From the human T2T-CHM13v2.0 reference genome, Homo sapiens: DNA of 64,000 nucleotides. The stretch is taken from the NCBI RefSeq assembly GCF_009914755.1, contig NC_060935.1; one strand, 5' to 3'. This document shows positions 12,641 through 25,434 of the stretch, piece after piece. The notes under the pieces were generated by a model. It worked only from the letters and a program-made list of their open reading frames with translations, did not search any database and was not told the origin of the DNA. Position 1 is the stretch's first letter. Each line of letters begins with the position of its first letter. Position numbers and translations under genes: made by a program.

Positions 12641-14343
12641 GTAAGTATGCAAAATAATTTAAATGACATACAATCCAGTTAAGCAATATCTAGCTTAGAG
12701 GCCAAGGCAACTCCAGGTTAGCTAGAAAGGAGTCCCGGTGGGCCTAGCTGAAAATTCCTCTTAATCAGAAGATGGCAAAGGAGGAGGAAACTGAGAGTGA
12801 TAGTCATGTATGTTGACTCAGCTGTCTTGAACTAAAGATGATATTTATTAAGGGTTTTAATATCTCACTCTCAAGATATTGTGAAAGTTGCAAGAATGGG
12901 TTTCCTGGAACCAAAATGCTTAAGGGAAATTTCAATTCTATCCACCACATTACAGCAGAGAATTTTTCATTTTTTCTGACTTTCAGCTTCTATTTTAGTA
13001 ATATGCTCCTAGAGGCAGGAAAATACCATTTATTACTTTTCTAGTTTTAGCCTGTTTCATTTGGCAGGCTGTGAATTCTTCCCTCCTAGAAGATCCTTGT
13101 GGGGTGAAAGCAATGATGGGGCTGTTTACTTGGCAAGGCTCTCCTTCTGAGAGGTCAGTAGAGAGTATAGGACGGTCGTGGTGCTTGGTTTCCTTCTGTT
13201 AGGGGGAAAGGATGCTTAGAAACATGGCAGTTTCTCTCTAACTGATGAACAGATACTCAGAGATAGTTCTACCCATATAGAAAACAAAGAAGCAATCTCA
13301 CTTTGAACACTTAGAGAAAGGGAGTTCAGCTCTTCAAATTAGAAACTGCTGAGGAACCCTCATATGAACAGTGACTGAGGGGACTGAATAAAGAGAACCT
13401 TATCTATATGACAAACTGACAGGAATTGGGTCCCAAAAGTAATTAATTAGCAGTTAGCCTTAAGTGAGACGCTCATTTAGAGCATTAGATCCTCCTCTTC
13501 CTTCTCCTCCTTCCCCACTTTCACATCTCTTCTTTTTTCCAATGTCTTCCCCTTTCCCTCTTTTCCTCCTTCATTCAAAGGAATGAGAAAACCATGCTAC
13601 AAAGTATAAGCTCTCTGCTGAGACGTTTTAAAATAGCTTTGAAATGGAAAAGTACTAAATCTGTAGCTTTCAAAGGGTATGGAGAAGGAGAAAGAGTAAG
13701 TCCCTGAACTGGATAAATGTGACCATTAGAAACAGTCACCTTTTTCTGATTGTTGTCTTACACCCTCTCCATCTTCTGGCCAAACTACATGTGGGGTTGC
13801 TACTAGTAAAAAGGGTCACATAGATGTCACTGCTGCACAGATCGGCCTCCCACAAGAAGATTCCTTCCCCAACGTCTGCTCCTGGGTTCTCCCACTGGAA
13901 CCTTTTCCCCTGCAACTCAAGCTCTGCCCTCCTCTACCCCATCTTCTATTGCCTGCTTCTTTACTGGTCACCACCTGGAACTCCAGGGCCGCAAACCTAA
14001 TCCAAGCCTTTGTTTCCTTTCCTGGCATCTGCCCTTCTTTGAGTGAATAATTCCACCATCAAAGCTCCAATGTATGACTCTCAAGCTTACATGGAAAAAT
14101 ACCACTGACTGGTTCTCCCAAACCACAGTCTCACTTGGGGGCTGTTCTCATTTTAGAGGTTAATCCTCAGAAGTTAATTCTTTCTGTCTTCTAAGCTACT
14201 TAATGGTGACTCCACAGAAGAGCTTAAGCAAGAGGTTCTAGAATAAGCTTTGACCTCCAAGTCAGTGTGAAGTGCCAAATTGGGGCTCTGCCTAAGGTTC
14301 CAGGGAATAAACATGACCTCAAATGCAACAGGAGCATGCCAGG

Positions 14344-14381
14344 ACACACACACACACACACATGCCCTCACACACAACACA
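14344..14381 (+). repeat. Interrupted (CA)n microsatellite
   Basis: acacacacacacacaca tgccct cacacacaacaca. Confidence 0.85.
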
Positions 14382-14609
14382 ACTTTATAAGATAACCATT
14401 TGTTCCCAGAGTTGGTTTGTTACTTATCCATATTGAAGAAAGAGAATCTCCGTGAATTGCACACACCCTACCTTTGGCTTTTCATTCTCATGCGGGATGT
14501 GGCAGTCTTGAGTCATGTTCAACTTATGACTTCCGGGTCATGTCCTAGGGTTTCTGTACATTAGGAAGGGCAAGGGCCCCCTTAATATCATCAATAATTT
14601 GAAAATTAC

Positions 14610-15087
14610 CATTAAAACAGTCAAATGTCAAAATTTTTTTCTCTACCAAACTGGAAAGGTTTAAAAGTTTGACAATACGCACTGTGTGTAAGAAGGTGAG
14701 GAAACAAGTGTTACATACACCATTGCTAGGAGTATACATTTGGGTAATCTCTTTAGCAATGTTTTTAGCAATTTATTTCAAAATCCAAATTTTCCCACAT
14801 ATACAACAATGTGTATATGCATCAGTGTTGGTAATAATGTAAAACTGGAAGCAACTTAAAGTTCCACCAATAGGGCACTGATTAAATACAGTATGGTATA
14901 TCCCTACAACGAAATAATATACAGCTGTTTAAAAAATAGACATCAATTTGCGTAGGCTAATAGGAAAGACCTCCAAGATATATTGTTAAGTAAAAAGGCA
15001 ATCTATAAATACTATGATCTCATATATATTTTAAAAGGATAGTTACATATGTAAACATATAATCATGGAAATTTTCTGGAAGAACAC
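14610..15087 (+). mobile_element. Old L1ME 3' fragment
   Basis: aaagtttgacaatac...aggtgaggaaac...aaactggaagcaacttaaagttccaccaataggg...gtatggtatatcc...aaataatatacagctg. Confidence 0.6.
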
Positions 15088-15550
15088 TGTATCAATCAGT
15101 GTCCAGTCAGGAAACTAACTGTCCTAGATATTTCAAATAGAAGAACTTAACACACCTGTTTAGCAGACTAAGACAAAAAGCTGAGAAGCTAAACAGAGCA
15201 GGGTGAGATACTGTAGGCTTTAGCAAAACAGAAAGTCACTACAATCCTTAGGCTGGAGGAAAAAAGCAGGGGATGGTGTCATCACAGCCCTGTGCTGAGG
15301 CCACCCAAAGGAAGCTGGAATCATGATGGGCCTCCCCAGAATACAGGTATTTGCCTTAGGGATGCCGCCCAAAGCCGAGGTGGGTTTCTCCTTCCTCCCC
15401 CTCTACAGTCTCCCACTGCTGCATTCCATTGGCTGAAGCTACCTGGAAACCACAGGGTAAATCAGAGGATGGAAGATGAGTTCCCTGCAATACAGAGCAG
15501 AGAAAAGAAGGATAGAGACTTGATCTGACAGCAAATAGGCAAATGGCTGG
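15088..15550 (-). mobile_element. Ancient ERVL/MaLR LTR (LTR33-like)
   Basis: tgtatcaatcagtgtccagtcaggaaac...gatatttcaaatagaag start; cttcctccccctctacagtctcccactgctgcattccattggctgaagc internal motif. Confidence 0.45.
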
Positions 15551-15829
15551 CGGACTATTATGGTAACTCCTTGACTGTGGCTACTTCTTGGGAGTAAAAT
15601 GAAGTTTAGAGTCAAAGGATGATTTTTCTTTTGTAATCATTGAATATTTTATAAATTGCATAGATTTATTTTCAACATAACAACTTTTTAAATAGAATGA
15701 ATTGTCACTTTTAAAAATTGTACGTTTCTATTTTGCATCACCTATGTTTACAGTGCTTCAGCACAGGACCTCTCTTCTTCAGACAAAGTATCAGATCTGA
15801 AAAGGAGCTCAGAATGTGTCTTTTATAAA

Positions 15830-16310
15830 ATAACTGCTTTATGGACACAAAATTTGCACAACTTAAAATTCAACTTTTTAACGTGTACAATTCAGTGATT
15901 TGTAGTATATTCACAGAATTGTGCAACCATCACCACACTCAGAAAATTTTCATCACCTACCAAAGAAATCTCACACCCTTAGCAGTCACTCCCTGTTCTC
16001 CCCTCTCTCCAGTCCATGACAATTACTAATCTACTTTCTGTCTTTAAGGATTTGCATATCCCAAACATTTCATTTAAATAGAATTATACAGTGTGTGTCC
16101 TTTTGTGACTTATTTCACTTAGTATAATGCTTTCGAGTTTCATTCATGTGTAGAATATATAAATACTTCATCTCTTTTTATGGCTACATAGTATTCTGTT
16201 GTATGGCTATACTACATTTTGTTTAATCACTTGCTTGTTTCTCCTTTTATATTATTATGAATAATGCAGCTATGAAAATTTGTGTACAAGTTTTTGTGTT
16301 ACCTTTACCA
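15830..16310 (-). mobile_element. L1MB 3' end
   Basis: gtgtacaattcagtgatttgtagtatattcacagaattgtgcaaccatcacc...ctaatctactttctgtct...gaataatgcagctatgaaaatttgtgtacaag. Confidence 0.8.
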
Positions 16311-18655
16311 GTACTGTTTATAATTTTTGTGGATTTATGTTCTCATTTATTGTCCTTTCTTTTCAGCCTGACATACTCTCTCTAGTATTTCTTGTGTGGT
16401 ATTTCTGCTAGCAACAAATTCTCTCAGATTTTATTTATCTGGAAAGGTTTTTTTTCTTCATTTTTAAATCATAATTTTGCTGGTCATAGACTTAAAACAC
16501 AGATTTGCTGTCAATCTTGACTGACAGTTGTTTTCTTACAGCACTTTGAATACATCATTTTGCTGCTTCCTTGTGTCCATGGCTTCTGATTAGAAAAGCT
16601 ATTATTATTATTATTCAGAATCTTTTCTACATGATAAGTCACTTTGCTCTTGCTGCTTTCAAGATTCTCTTTGTTTTTCAACAATTTGACTATGATGTGT
16701 ATGTAGATATGGATCACTTTGATTTTGTCCTACTTGGTGTTTGTTGAATTTCTAAGATGCATAGATTAAGATTTTCATCAAATTTGGGAAATTTTTTGCC
16801 ATTATTTCTTCAAGTATTCCTTCTGCTCCTTTTCTTCTCTCCCTTCTGGGGGATTCCATTATGTATGTTGATATGCTCAATGATGTCACATAGTTCTTTG
16901 AAGCTCTGCCCATTTTTTGTTATTATTTTTTCTTTTTGTTCCCCACATTATATAATCTCTATCAATCTGTCTTCAATTTATGGGATTCTTTCTTTGAGAT
17001 GCTCAAATCTGATGTTGAGCCCTTCTAGTGATTTTTACTTTTCAGTTACACTTTTCAAATCTAGAATTTCTATTTGGTTCCCTTTGATCATTTCTATCTC
17101 TCTCGATATTCTCTGTTTGGCAAGACATTGTCCTCATACTTTCCTATAGTTTTTTAGGCATGGTTTATTTGAGTATATTTAAAATAGATGATTTAAAATC
17201 TTTGTAGTAAGTCCAATGTCTGGCTTTCTCAGGGACAGTTTCTATTAATGCCTTTTTCCTGTATATGAACCACACTTTCTTTTTTCTTTGCATATTTCTT
17301 AATTTTCATTAAAAACTATACATTTTAAACACTATAATGTGGCATCTCTGGAAATCTAATATCCACCCTCCCCAGGTTTTCTTGTTGTTGTTGTTTGTTT
17401 GGTGACTTTTTTGAACTATATTCATGCTCCACATAACAATGTTTTGGCCAACAATGAACAGTATACATAACAGCATCTCCAGAAGGTTATACCATCAGAT
17501 TTTTACTGTATGCTTTCTATGTTTAGATATATTTAGATTCACAATTACTTACCATTGTATTAAAATTGTCTACAGTATTCAGCATAGTAATATGCTGTAC
17601 AGTTTGGTAGCTGAGGTGCAACAGGGTGTATAGCAGGCTATAACATCTAATTGTGTGAGTATACTCTATGATATTTGCACAATGACAAAATCTCCTGACA
17701 ATGCATTTCTTAGAACAAATCAAGTTGTTAAGCAACACATGACTATGATTCTGTACTCTACTGTCTTTTTGTGCATGGCCATTGGAGTATCTGCTTAATT
17801 AACTTAGTGATTAGTTAATTATTGGGCAGAGATTTTCTTAAGTGCCTTGAACCATTAAGTGTCCTATTCTTTGTTGAGAGGCTGTGTGTGTGTTGGGGTA
17901 TGCCATCAATGTTCTGGCAGGCAGTTTACAACTCTTCCTTAGCCTTCACTTCCCAATTGCACAGAGACTCAAGATCAGCCAAAGATGAATATTTGGAACT
18001 TTTTCAGGTCTTTCCTATGTATGCACACATCAAAGCACATGTGCATGGATGCCTAGATTCCCAGGAATATGTTGAAGCTTTTCAAAACCCAATGAATGAG
18101 GACATCTCATTCCAAAATCTTTCCTTTTAAATTTTGTGGTCTACCTCTTCTAATCCCAACTGGAAATGCAACTTTGGGCAGTGTTATACTATTGCCACTA
18201 ATTATTTTTGACAAATACACAGAGTAAGCTCTAAGCCAGGTTAAATAAAGACAAATCCTGGGAATAGAGGATTTTTTTAATAAGCTACCAGACAGGTTAA
18301 AAAGTGTCAAATTTCTGAAAATGGGACTTTTCAGGAGTTGTAAACCCATTCCACCTCCTCTAGTAGCTGCTAATTTACAGTTATCATAGCTACTATAATA
18401 GTGAAGGTGTTGATTTTCACATCTACTGCAGATCTAGGAAAAAGGAGATGGTACTACAGCAACTTCAAACACCACAAAGTTTACCATTTTTAACATGATT
18501 CAGTTGATTTTATTGAATAAATATTCCTTGGAATGTTGCAATTTTAAATTTTCAGAGTCCTGAAAATTTTGAGTTTGATCATTTTTACCAGTGTTCTTAT
18601 TTCTTTTCTAGAGCAGTGAATTTTCAAAGGTCCTTATTCTACCATTCCAGAAGTG
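16310..18655 (-). mobile_element. Old L1M ORF1/5' region, interrupted by Tigger3
   Basis: ctgctagcaacaaattctctcag...tctgattagaaaagc...tgctttcaagattctct...caaatttgggaaattttttgccattatttctt, antisense L1 ORF1-region features. Confidence 0.7.
17419..17745. mobile_element. Tigger3a/MER7 DNA transposon (internally deleted)
   Basis: Degenerate TIRs tattcatgctccacataacaatg ... gttgttaagcaacacatgacta; TA at left flank; internal sequence matches recalled MER7/Tigger3. Confidence 0.8.
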
Positions 18656-19009
18656 TTTCTTCATCTGGAATGCATCTTGTATCTGACTCTGCATTTTCAA
18701 CAACCTTCCAAATATCTCTCTTTATTTCACACTCATAATTTTACACATATTTATATAAATGGCATTTACATAAAACATGCTATTATGGAAAGGTTTTTCT
18801 CACTTATTAATGTGCTATGGATCTTTCCATATCACTAAATGATCCATCATTTTAAATGGCTGCATTTCACTTAAGACATATTCCCACATTTTTTAAAGGT
18901 TATGTTATATTTGATATATGATGCATATATTTAAATTATGAAGCTGGAACCAAAAAATGAACACCCACAAACTCAACACTCAAAAACATTAAAACTTTCT
19001 TTGAAACAT

Positions 19010-19520
19010 TAAATCAGGCTGAATAAGTGAGATATACACTGTGTTAATGAGTAGGAAAACTCAACATTCTGAAGATGTCAATTCTATTCAAATTAATTTA
19101 CAAAGTAACAAAATTTCAATAAAAACCTCAACATGTTTTTAGAGGAACTGACAAGCTGACTTTAAAATTGGCATGAAAGAGCAAAGGCCCAAGAAAAGTT
19201 GAGAAGACTTGTTCTCCTAGATATTAACTATAAAGCTATAGTTAATATGATCTATTGAAGAAGATCAAAACAACCACTAAGTATAAGAAAAAGACGGACA
19301 AAAGTGATTGCGTTAAAATGAAGAATGTGTAAAAGAGCACCATAAAGAAGAAAGTAACAAAGGCTATAAACAGGAAGATGATATTGATAGGATTGTACTC
19401 TGTGGGTCAATTTGGGGAGAATTTACATCTTTACAATATTAAGACTTATTTCCCATTGATATGGCAAATATCTCCTTGTATTTATCCACATATAATGCCT
19501 TTCAATGAAATTGTGTCATC
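19010..19520. mobile_element. Two old L1 ORF2 fragments in opposite orientation
   Basis: Plus: ggaaaactcaacattctgaagatgtcaattct...gaactgacaagctgac; minus from ~19380: tcaatttggggagaatttacatctttacaatatt. Confidence 0.55.
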
Positions 19521-20069
19521 TTTGTAATATTCAGGTTTCTTGACAAACGTTTTCAAAAATTTGCTGCTTTCAAAGTTAACGACAAAAGTGCTAAAATCTT
19601 CAGTCAGTTAGATATTACACTTGCAATTTTCTAGTCAGTTATCTGTATTTCTGAGGCCAGATAGAAAATTCAGAAGCCTAAGAAACCTGAAAAGAAAGAG
19701 GTAAAATTGATAAGCATGATAGCCACTATGAATAGATTCTCTGCCTGATGTCTTATGTGCATCATCACATTAAATTCTCATAACACCAACTGAGAGAACT
19801 GAAGCTCTTAAAGCCAACATCTCACAGCTTACGAGAAATCACATATAGATAGACATTACCACCTTTGGAAAGAAAATAGACTTGGATATCCTCAGTCCCA
19901 CTGCAGAGTGAGTTTAACACATTGACATTCTACCTTCTTATTGCATCAGAGATAGAGCAGAGGCATCTGTCGATAATTGAGCACTCATTCTGACTTCTGG
20001 AACAGGTACAGGAAAGTGCACAAACAAGATTAGCAGTTCCATATTTGGCAAAAAAAGAGAATGTTTCAT

Positions 20070-20500
20070 TTATGTATTGTGTATAACAACTCATCACCAG
20101 ATTTAGTGCTTAAAACTATAATGGTTCATTATTTTCCACAACTCTGCAGTCCCAGTGGGGTTTGGCTGACTTTTCTTCTATTGGTGCTGGATCAACCAAG
20201 ATGACTTCCTTCGTATGTCTAGCACCACAGTTAGGATGGCTGGAACCACTGGCACAGTTCCAGTTGTTCTAGCATCTCTTCATCTCTCTCCATATGGTCT
20301 CTCCAATAAAATGGCCAGACCTCTTTATCTGGTGACTCAGGGATCCAAAATTGAGCAGTCCATAAGTACATGCCCCAGTGTGCAAGTGCTTTTAAAGCCT
20401 ATTATTGTGTCATGTTTGCTAATGTCCCATTGATCAAAGTCCAAAGGCAATATGGGAGAAAATGACATAAAATGTGAATATCAAGAGACATGGTTTATGG
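20070..20500 (-). mobile_element. MLT1 (H/I/J-like) MaLR LTR
   Basis: ttgtgtataacaactcatcacc..tttagtgcttaaaac...aagtgcttttaagcct...catgtttgctaatgtcccattg. Confidence 0.6.
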
Positions 20501-21229
20501 GCTGTAAAATGTATGAGTTAGAATTTTTAATTTACATTGTAGGTCTAGTTATAAAGGCTAGATCAGACAGAAAAGTGCTAAGAGGAACCTGGAGTCATTA
20601 GATCTTCTGAAGATGAGCTGGAAGGGGATCAAGAGGACCTCAACTACACTGCAAATTTCTAGAAAGTCCCCCTCCAGAAAGGTGAAGTATCAATAATAAG
20701 TGTTAGTCCAGGACAACAGCCAGCCTTAGTCTAGGACATCAGTCAACCTCACAAAGCCTAACATGAGAGAAAGGGGTTTCTATAGATGGGCATAGCATTG
20801 CAATATGAAATCCAGAGGCAAATAATATTCAGGAATCAAAAAGGCAGAAAAGTGATCTAAAGGAGCAGATCTAACCATAGAATTCTAATTCCTGAGTAAG
20901 TAATAGGAATAAATTCAAGTCTCAGTTTCAGGCTGAGAGGAACTGGGAACGCTGGAGATGTAGTGATGGCAGACCCTATGAAAATGGGAACAAAACAGTT
21001 TCCACATATTCAGAAGCAAAGTATTCAGCAACAAGTTGGTCTCAGGGACTAGAAAAAGTCTACTTGTTGAAAATGTGAAGCAACATCAGAGGTATACTAA
21101 CCCAAATGTGACTTGGTTCCAAAGCCCTGTGCAATGGTTTGAAGATGCTTAGATTTCCCCAAATCACAGAACTGGTGGGCCCAGCCTATAGGGAGTAGAC
21201 ACATGTACTTTATATATTAAAGCATCCTT

Positions 21230-22135
21230 TCCTTTAAGGAACCCCCACTAATCCATTCTGCATGGTTTTGATGGAATTATAACTGCCTCTTCTCTACTCC
21301 ACAGCCACACAATGGGCATGTGACCCAGGCCTTGTATATAATAACTGTCCCCTCAACAAGAGAAATTTGTGTTAGGGGTTAAGGCTGTTCTCTAAATAGT
21401 GCTAGTGTCCTTCTCTATGACTGATTTTTCAACCATGGAAAATAGAACTTTCTTTCTGTTGGGATTGCTAAATTGAGAGAATGTAAATCTGAGTCTGAGT
21501 AGTTGGTTTTTGCTTTCTGTCACATAGAGAGTCTTTCCATAGGATAAAGTCAAGCAGAAACAAACACACACAAGAGAGAGCAAGTCTTGGTGGCTTTCTC
21601 TGAGACTAGATTTCCTACAGCTCTTCTTTCAATCCTGTTTGTTGTAACATTATCTTTCCCTCTCACAGGAGTGACTGTATTAGTCTTATCAAGCTGCTGT
21701 AACAAAATACCACCAGCTAGGTAGCTTAAACAACAGAAATTTATTTTTCGCAGTTCTGGAGGCTGGAAAATTCAAGACTAAGGTACCAACTAATTTGCTT
21801 TCTGGCAAGGGCTCTCTTCCTGACTTGCAGACTGCCACCTTCTTGCTGCATCCTCACATTGCATTTCCTTAGTGCATGCACACACAGAAAGAAAGAGCGC
21901 TCTGCTCTTTCTTCCTTTTCTTATAAAGACACTAAATCTATAGGACAGAGCCCTATATTTCACATTAATTAAGGAGTTAAGGGCCCTATCACCAAATACA
22001 GTACCATTGTGGTTTAGGGTTTCAACATATGAATTTTTGGGGGGACATAAACCTTCAATCCATAGCAGTGACTAAATCCATCTTTTTGCCTAAAATTGTG
22101 TGTTCCTACCACCTTACAACCAAAATAATTATGAA
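21230..22135 (+). mobile_element. LTR16-like ERVL LTR, interrupted by MLT1A
   Basis: aatgggcatgtgacccaggcc motif; 3' part taaatccatctttttgcctaaa...ccttacaaccaaaa resumes after the MLT1A. Confidence 0.5.
21676..22067 (-). mobile_element. MLT1A MaLR solo LTR
   Basis: tgtattagtc...gctgctgtaacaaaatacc...cttaaacaacagaaattt...ttcaacatatgaattttt...catagca; perfect 5-bp TSD GTGAC (21671-75, 22068-72). Confidence 0.9.
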
Positions 22136-25078
22136 TTTGTAGAGAAAAGAGCTATTGCTCAGGTGGGAGGGTTGTGAAAGAGACCCTTGTAGATCTCATT
22201 TCTTAATTCAGAACATATCAAATAACTGCAATGAATAGGTGTTGGTGCAACTCTATTTCTAGTGCTATTCTGTAAAAATGACATCAGGGGATGTACTGTG
22301 TTTCATTTACTCAGGGGCATTTTTTAAAGTATCTATTATGTGCCAGACTAAAGTACTAGGGAATAAAAAGTCAAGAAAGACAGCTGCCTCCAAGAGAACT
22401 CTTCTTCTCCATTATTTCTTTCCAAATGCATTCACACATACTGCTAGAGGCATTTCTGTTATCAAATCTGGTTCTATTTATTATTAAAAACTTGGCAAAA
22501 CCAAACAGTAGCACAGATTGACAAGGAAAAAGTTGATTACTCATGTAACAAGAAAAGTAAATAGCTAAAATGTAAACATTGAAAATTTAACCCTAAACTC
22601 ATTCGAAACTAAAAAATAACATCTTTTAAAACAAAATTGCTGTGAAAACGTCTTTACCCAAAATTTTGGTCCACAGCCTTTATTAGATTACCTATCAGGG
22701 TAAATAAAGTTTAGCCATGTGAACATGTCCCATTTTATCAAAATATAATTTGGATCAAACTGTCTTTTATAAACTGGTGAGTCTGTGTTTTACTGTCTCC
22801 TGACCAAAATTCAAAAATGAAAGCCATAAAAAATCTGTTTGTGTGTATGTATTTAGGTGTGTTTATGCAAATATTTGTATATTAGGTTGTTTGATGTGTC
22901 TACATGTTAAAATCTGGCATAGGCAGCCAGAAATCCCTTAAGGAATTCTATTCAGATTGGCTTAAATGAGCACTCATATAAAGTACATGAGTGCCAACAC
23001 AAATGCCTTTTAGTTCACATGACTTAAGTAAATTTTTAATAAATAAGCTGGTTTTAAAATTGTTGGTAAAATTAAAATAGCAATGTCTTCAAAATTGTTA
23101 GCATACATTTTGCCTGTTTACTGGTCAAATAGTTTTATGTTTGTTCCTGACAGACGTTTTAAGGTATCTGGGTTTGACACGAAGGTTATAAAACTATAAA
23201 CCCAGCCTAAAACAGAATGATCTTTGTTTGTACAAATCTTTAATAAGTATGACTAATGTAATATTGTTGGTTTAATTAAAACAGCTATATTTCCTGAGTT
23301 ATTAGCAAAATATCCACATATGTAGCTTTAAGTTTCTTACTTAAGGAAACACCTATACTCACAGGCTATAAAAATGGTTAATAGGAAAATAACTTGAAAT
23401 GATGACTAGCTTTGCCTAATATCTCAGTTTTCATAAGTAATCTAGGTAAATTGTTCAAAATAAATAAATTACGTAAATTTAAATGAAATAAACGTTTATA
23501 AATGGGCTTTTCATGTAATTTGAAATCTCAAAATTATGTTGAATTATATAATAGATATTAAAGGTCTGGGTCATTTTTAAATAAGATACAATATGGAAAC
23601 AAATTGATGAACATAAATATGTTTTTTCTTGGCTTTTTACATTTTATAGAGAGATTAAATATATTTGGGTCTCAGTATATGTGTGAAGATTATGTTATGG
23701 AAAAATGTTTCTAAAAATTATAAAATGGTTCTTTTCTATAAAATGCTAATATGTGACAGATAATTCAAAATTACTTGCTATAAATTAAGGTTACTAACAG
23801 TTAAAATTCTGATTAAAATACATAGTTCTGTATATAAAGTGTGCCAGGAAATTAAGATGTGTTTTTTAATGAAAAAAAATTACCAGAAAGGCATAAAATG
23901 TGTTTTTATTGAGAAAAAAATGGGAAACAGAAACAAGATAGAAAGGAGCTAGTAAGTAGGAGAGAGAGAGAGAGACGTGAAGAAAGCTACAGGCATGAAG
24001 ATGTATTTATGGTATGGAAGGTCACAAAGAAAAAAGAATAATTTTATATGAGAAAGAATCTTGTGTGATAATTTTTTTCCTAAAGGAAAATGACTGCTTA
24101 TTTAAGAAAGAGGAAGTATAGGACAAAGCAGAAAGCTACTCAGACCACTCAAAATGGTCTGAGTAAGCCACGGTAAGGTTCATGAAAGATGAATTTATGA
24201 GAGGAATTTTTGTGTGATCAAGTTTCTATAATTAGAAGGGAATTATTTATAAGTCTTTCTAAACAATGAACTTTGATTTTAAAAATACACTAATACAAAA
24301 TTAAAAATGTGGTCCCCTATGGTAGAATCCTGTTTGGTCCCCTACAGTAGAAAGTTTTTGAAGCACTGATCTATCAGTAGTAAAAATTGCAGGTTTTGAT
24401 TTTTAATTCTAAAACCTGGTTCTTTAAAAGCCATACTTTAAACTGCAGGTAGTTTCTATTTCTGTCACATTGCTTCCTTAGATCCACTTAATTCCCCTAG
24501 TTTCAGGTCAGAAATGCTGTCTTTTTCATTTAGAATGGTAATTTTACTTCTTGAGGTTGAGTTTTCCTCTTCAAGCTTTTTTTGGGGAAACTTTAAAAAT
24601 CAGAAGAAAAAGATTTCAAAGAGAAATCTGAAATTGCCTGGGGCAATAATCAAATGAATCAGATTAATACCTCAGAAGTTCAACTCTTGCTGTATCTTGC
24701 AGCACATAATTTGTAATTCATGCATCATTGTCTTCAGTTCCTTATCTTCTTGAGATGACCTGGGATAAGTGTCTCCTTCAACTTTTTGAAAGCTCCTGAA
24801 ACTCTGCTGTTATGACCTAATGCTGAAAAGTTTGTCTTAAAGACATTTTTTTTAAAAAAGCAATGTTTTCCTCCAGTATAACTTGATTCTGCACTCTTGG
24901 TGTTTCCTAATATATCCAAATTATTCCATGTAATAACCAGACACACATTCTTCCTATGTCTGATTAAATTCAAGAACACTTTCATCAGGTTCAACTTCCA
25001 GGTTATCTAAATGGACTTTTCATAAGAAGAAGCAATCACATTGCAGGAGGTTTTTGTTTTACCTTTTTGGTAACTGGC

Positions 25079-25434
25079 TGTATTAGTCCGTTCTCACACT
25101 GCTGTAAGGAAATAACTGAGACTGGGTACTTTATAAAGGAAAAAGGTTTAAGTAACTCACAGTTCCACATGGCTGGGAAGGCCTCAGTAAACTTACAATC
25201 GTGGTGGAAGGGGAAGAGGCATGTCTTACATGGCAACAGGTGAGACAGAAAATGCACATGGAGGAGAAACTGTCAAGCACTTATAAAACCATCAGATCTC
25301 ATGAGAACAGCATGGGGAAACCGACTCCATGATCCAATTACCTCCCACCAGGTCCCTGCCCTCAACACGTGTGGATTATGGGGTTTACAATTCAAGAAGA
25401 GATCTGGGTGAGGACACAGAGCCTAACCACATCA
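25079..25434 (-). mobile_element. THE1D/MSTA MaLR solo LTR
   Basis: tgtattagtccgttctcacactgct...aaaccatcagatctc...gacacagagcctaaccacatca; perfect TSD CTGGC (25074-78, 25435-39). Confidence 0.9.

Noticed and set aside
13490-13575. Polypyrimidine tract as an H-DNA element
   Set aside because: Interrupted, without a clear mirror repeat; ordinary low complexity.
16757-17149. 130-aa hydrophobic ORF
   Set aside because: Antisense of an A-rich old L1; T-rich composition gives spurious F/L/I/S-rich ORFs.
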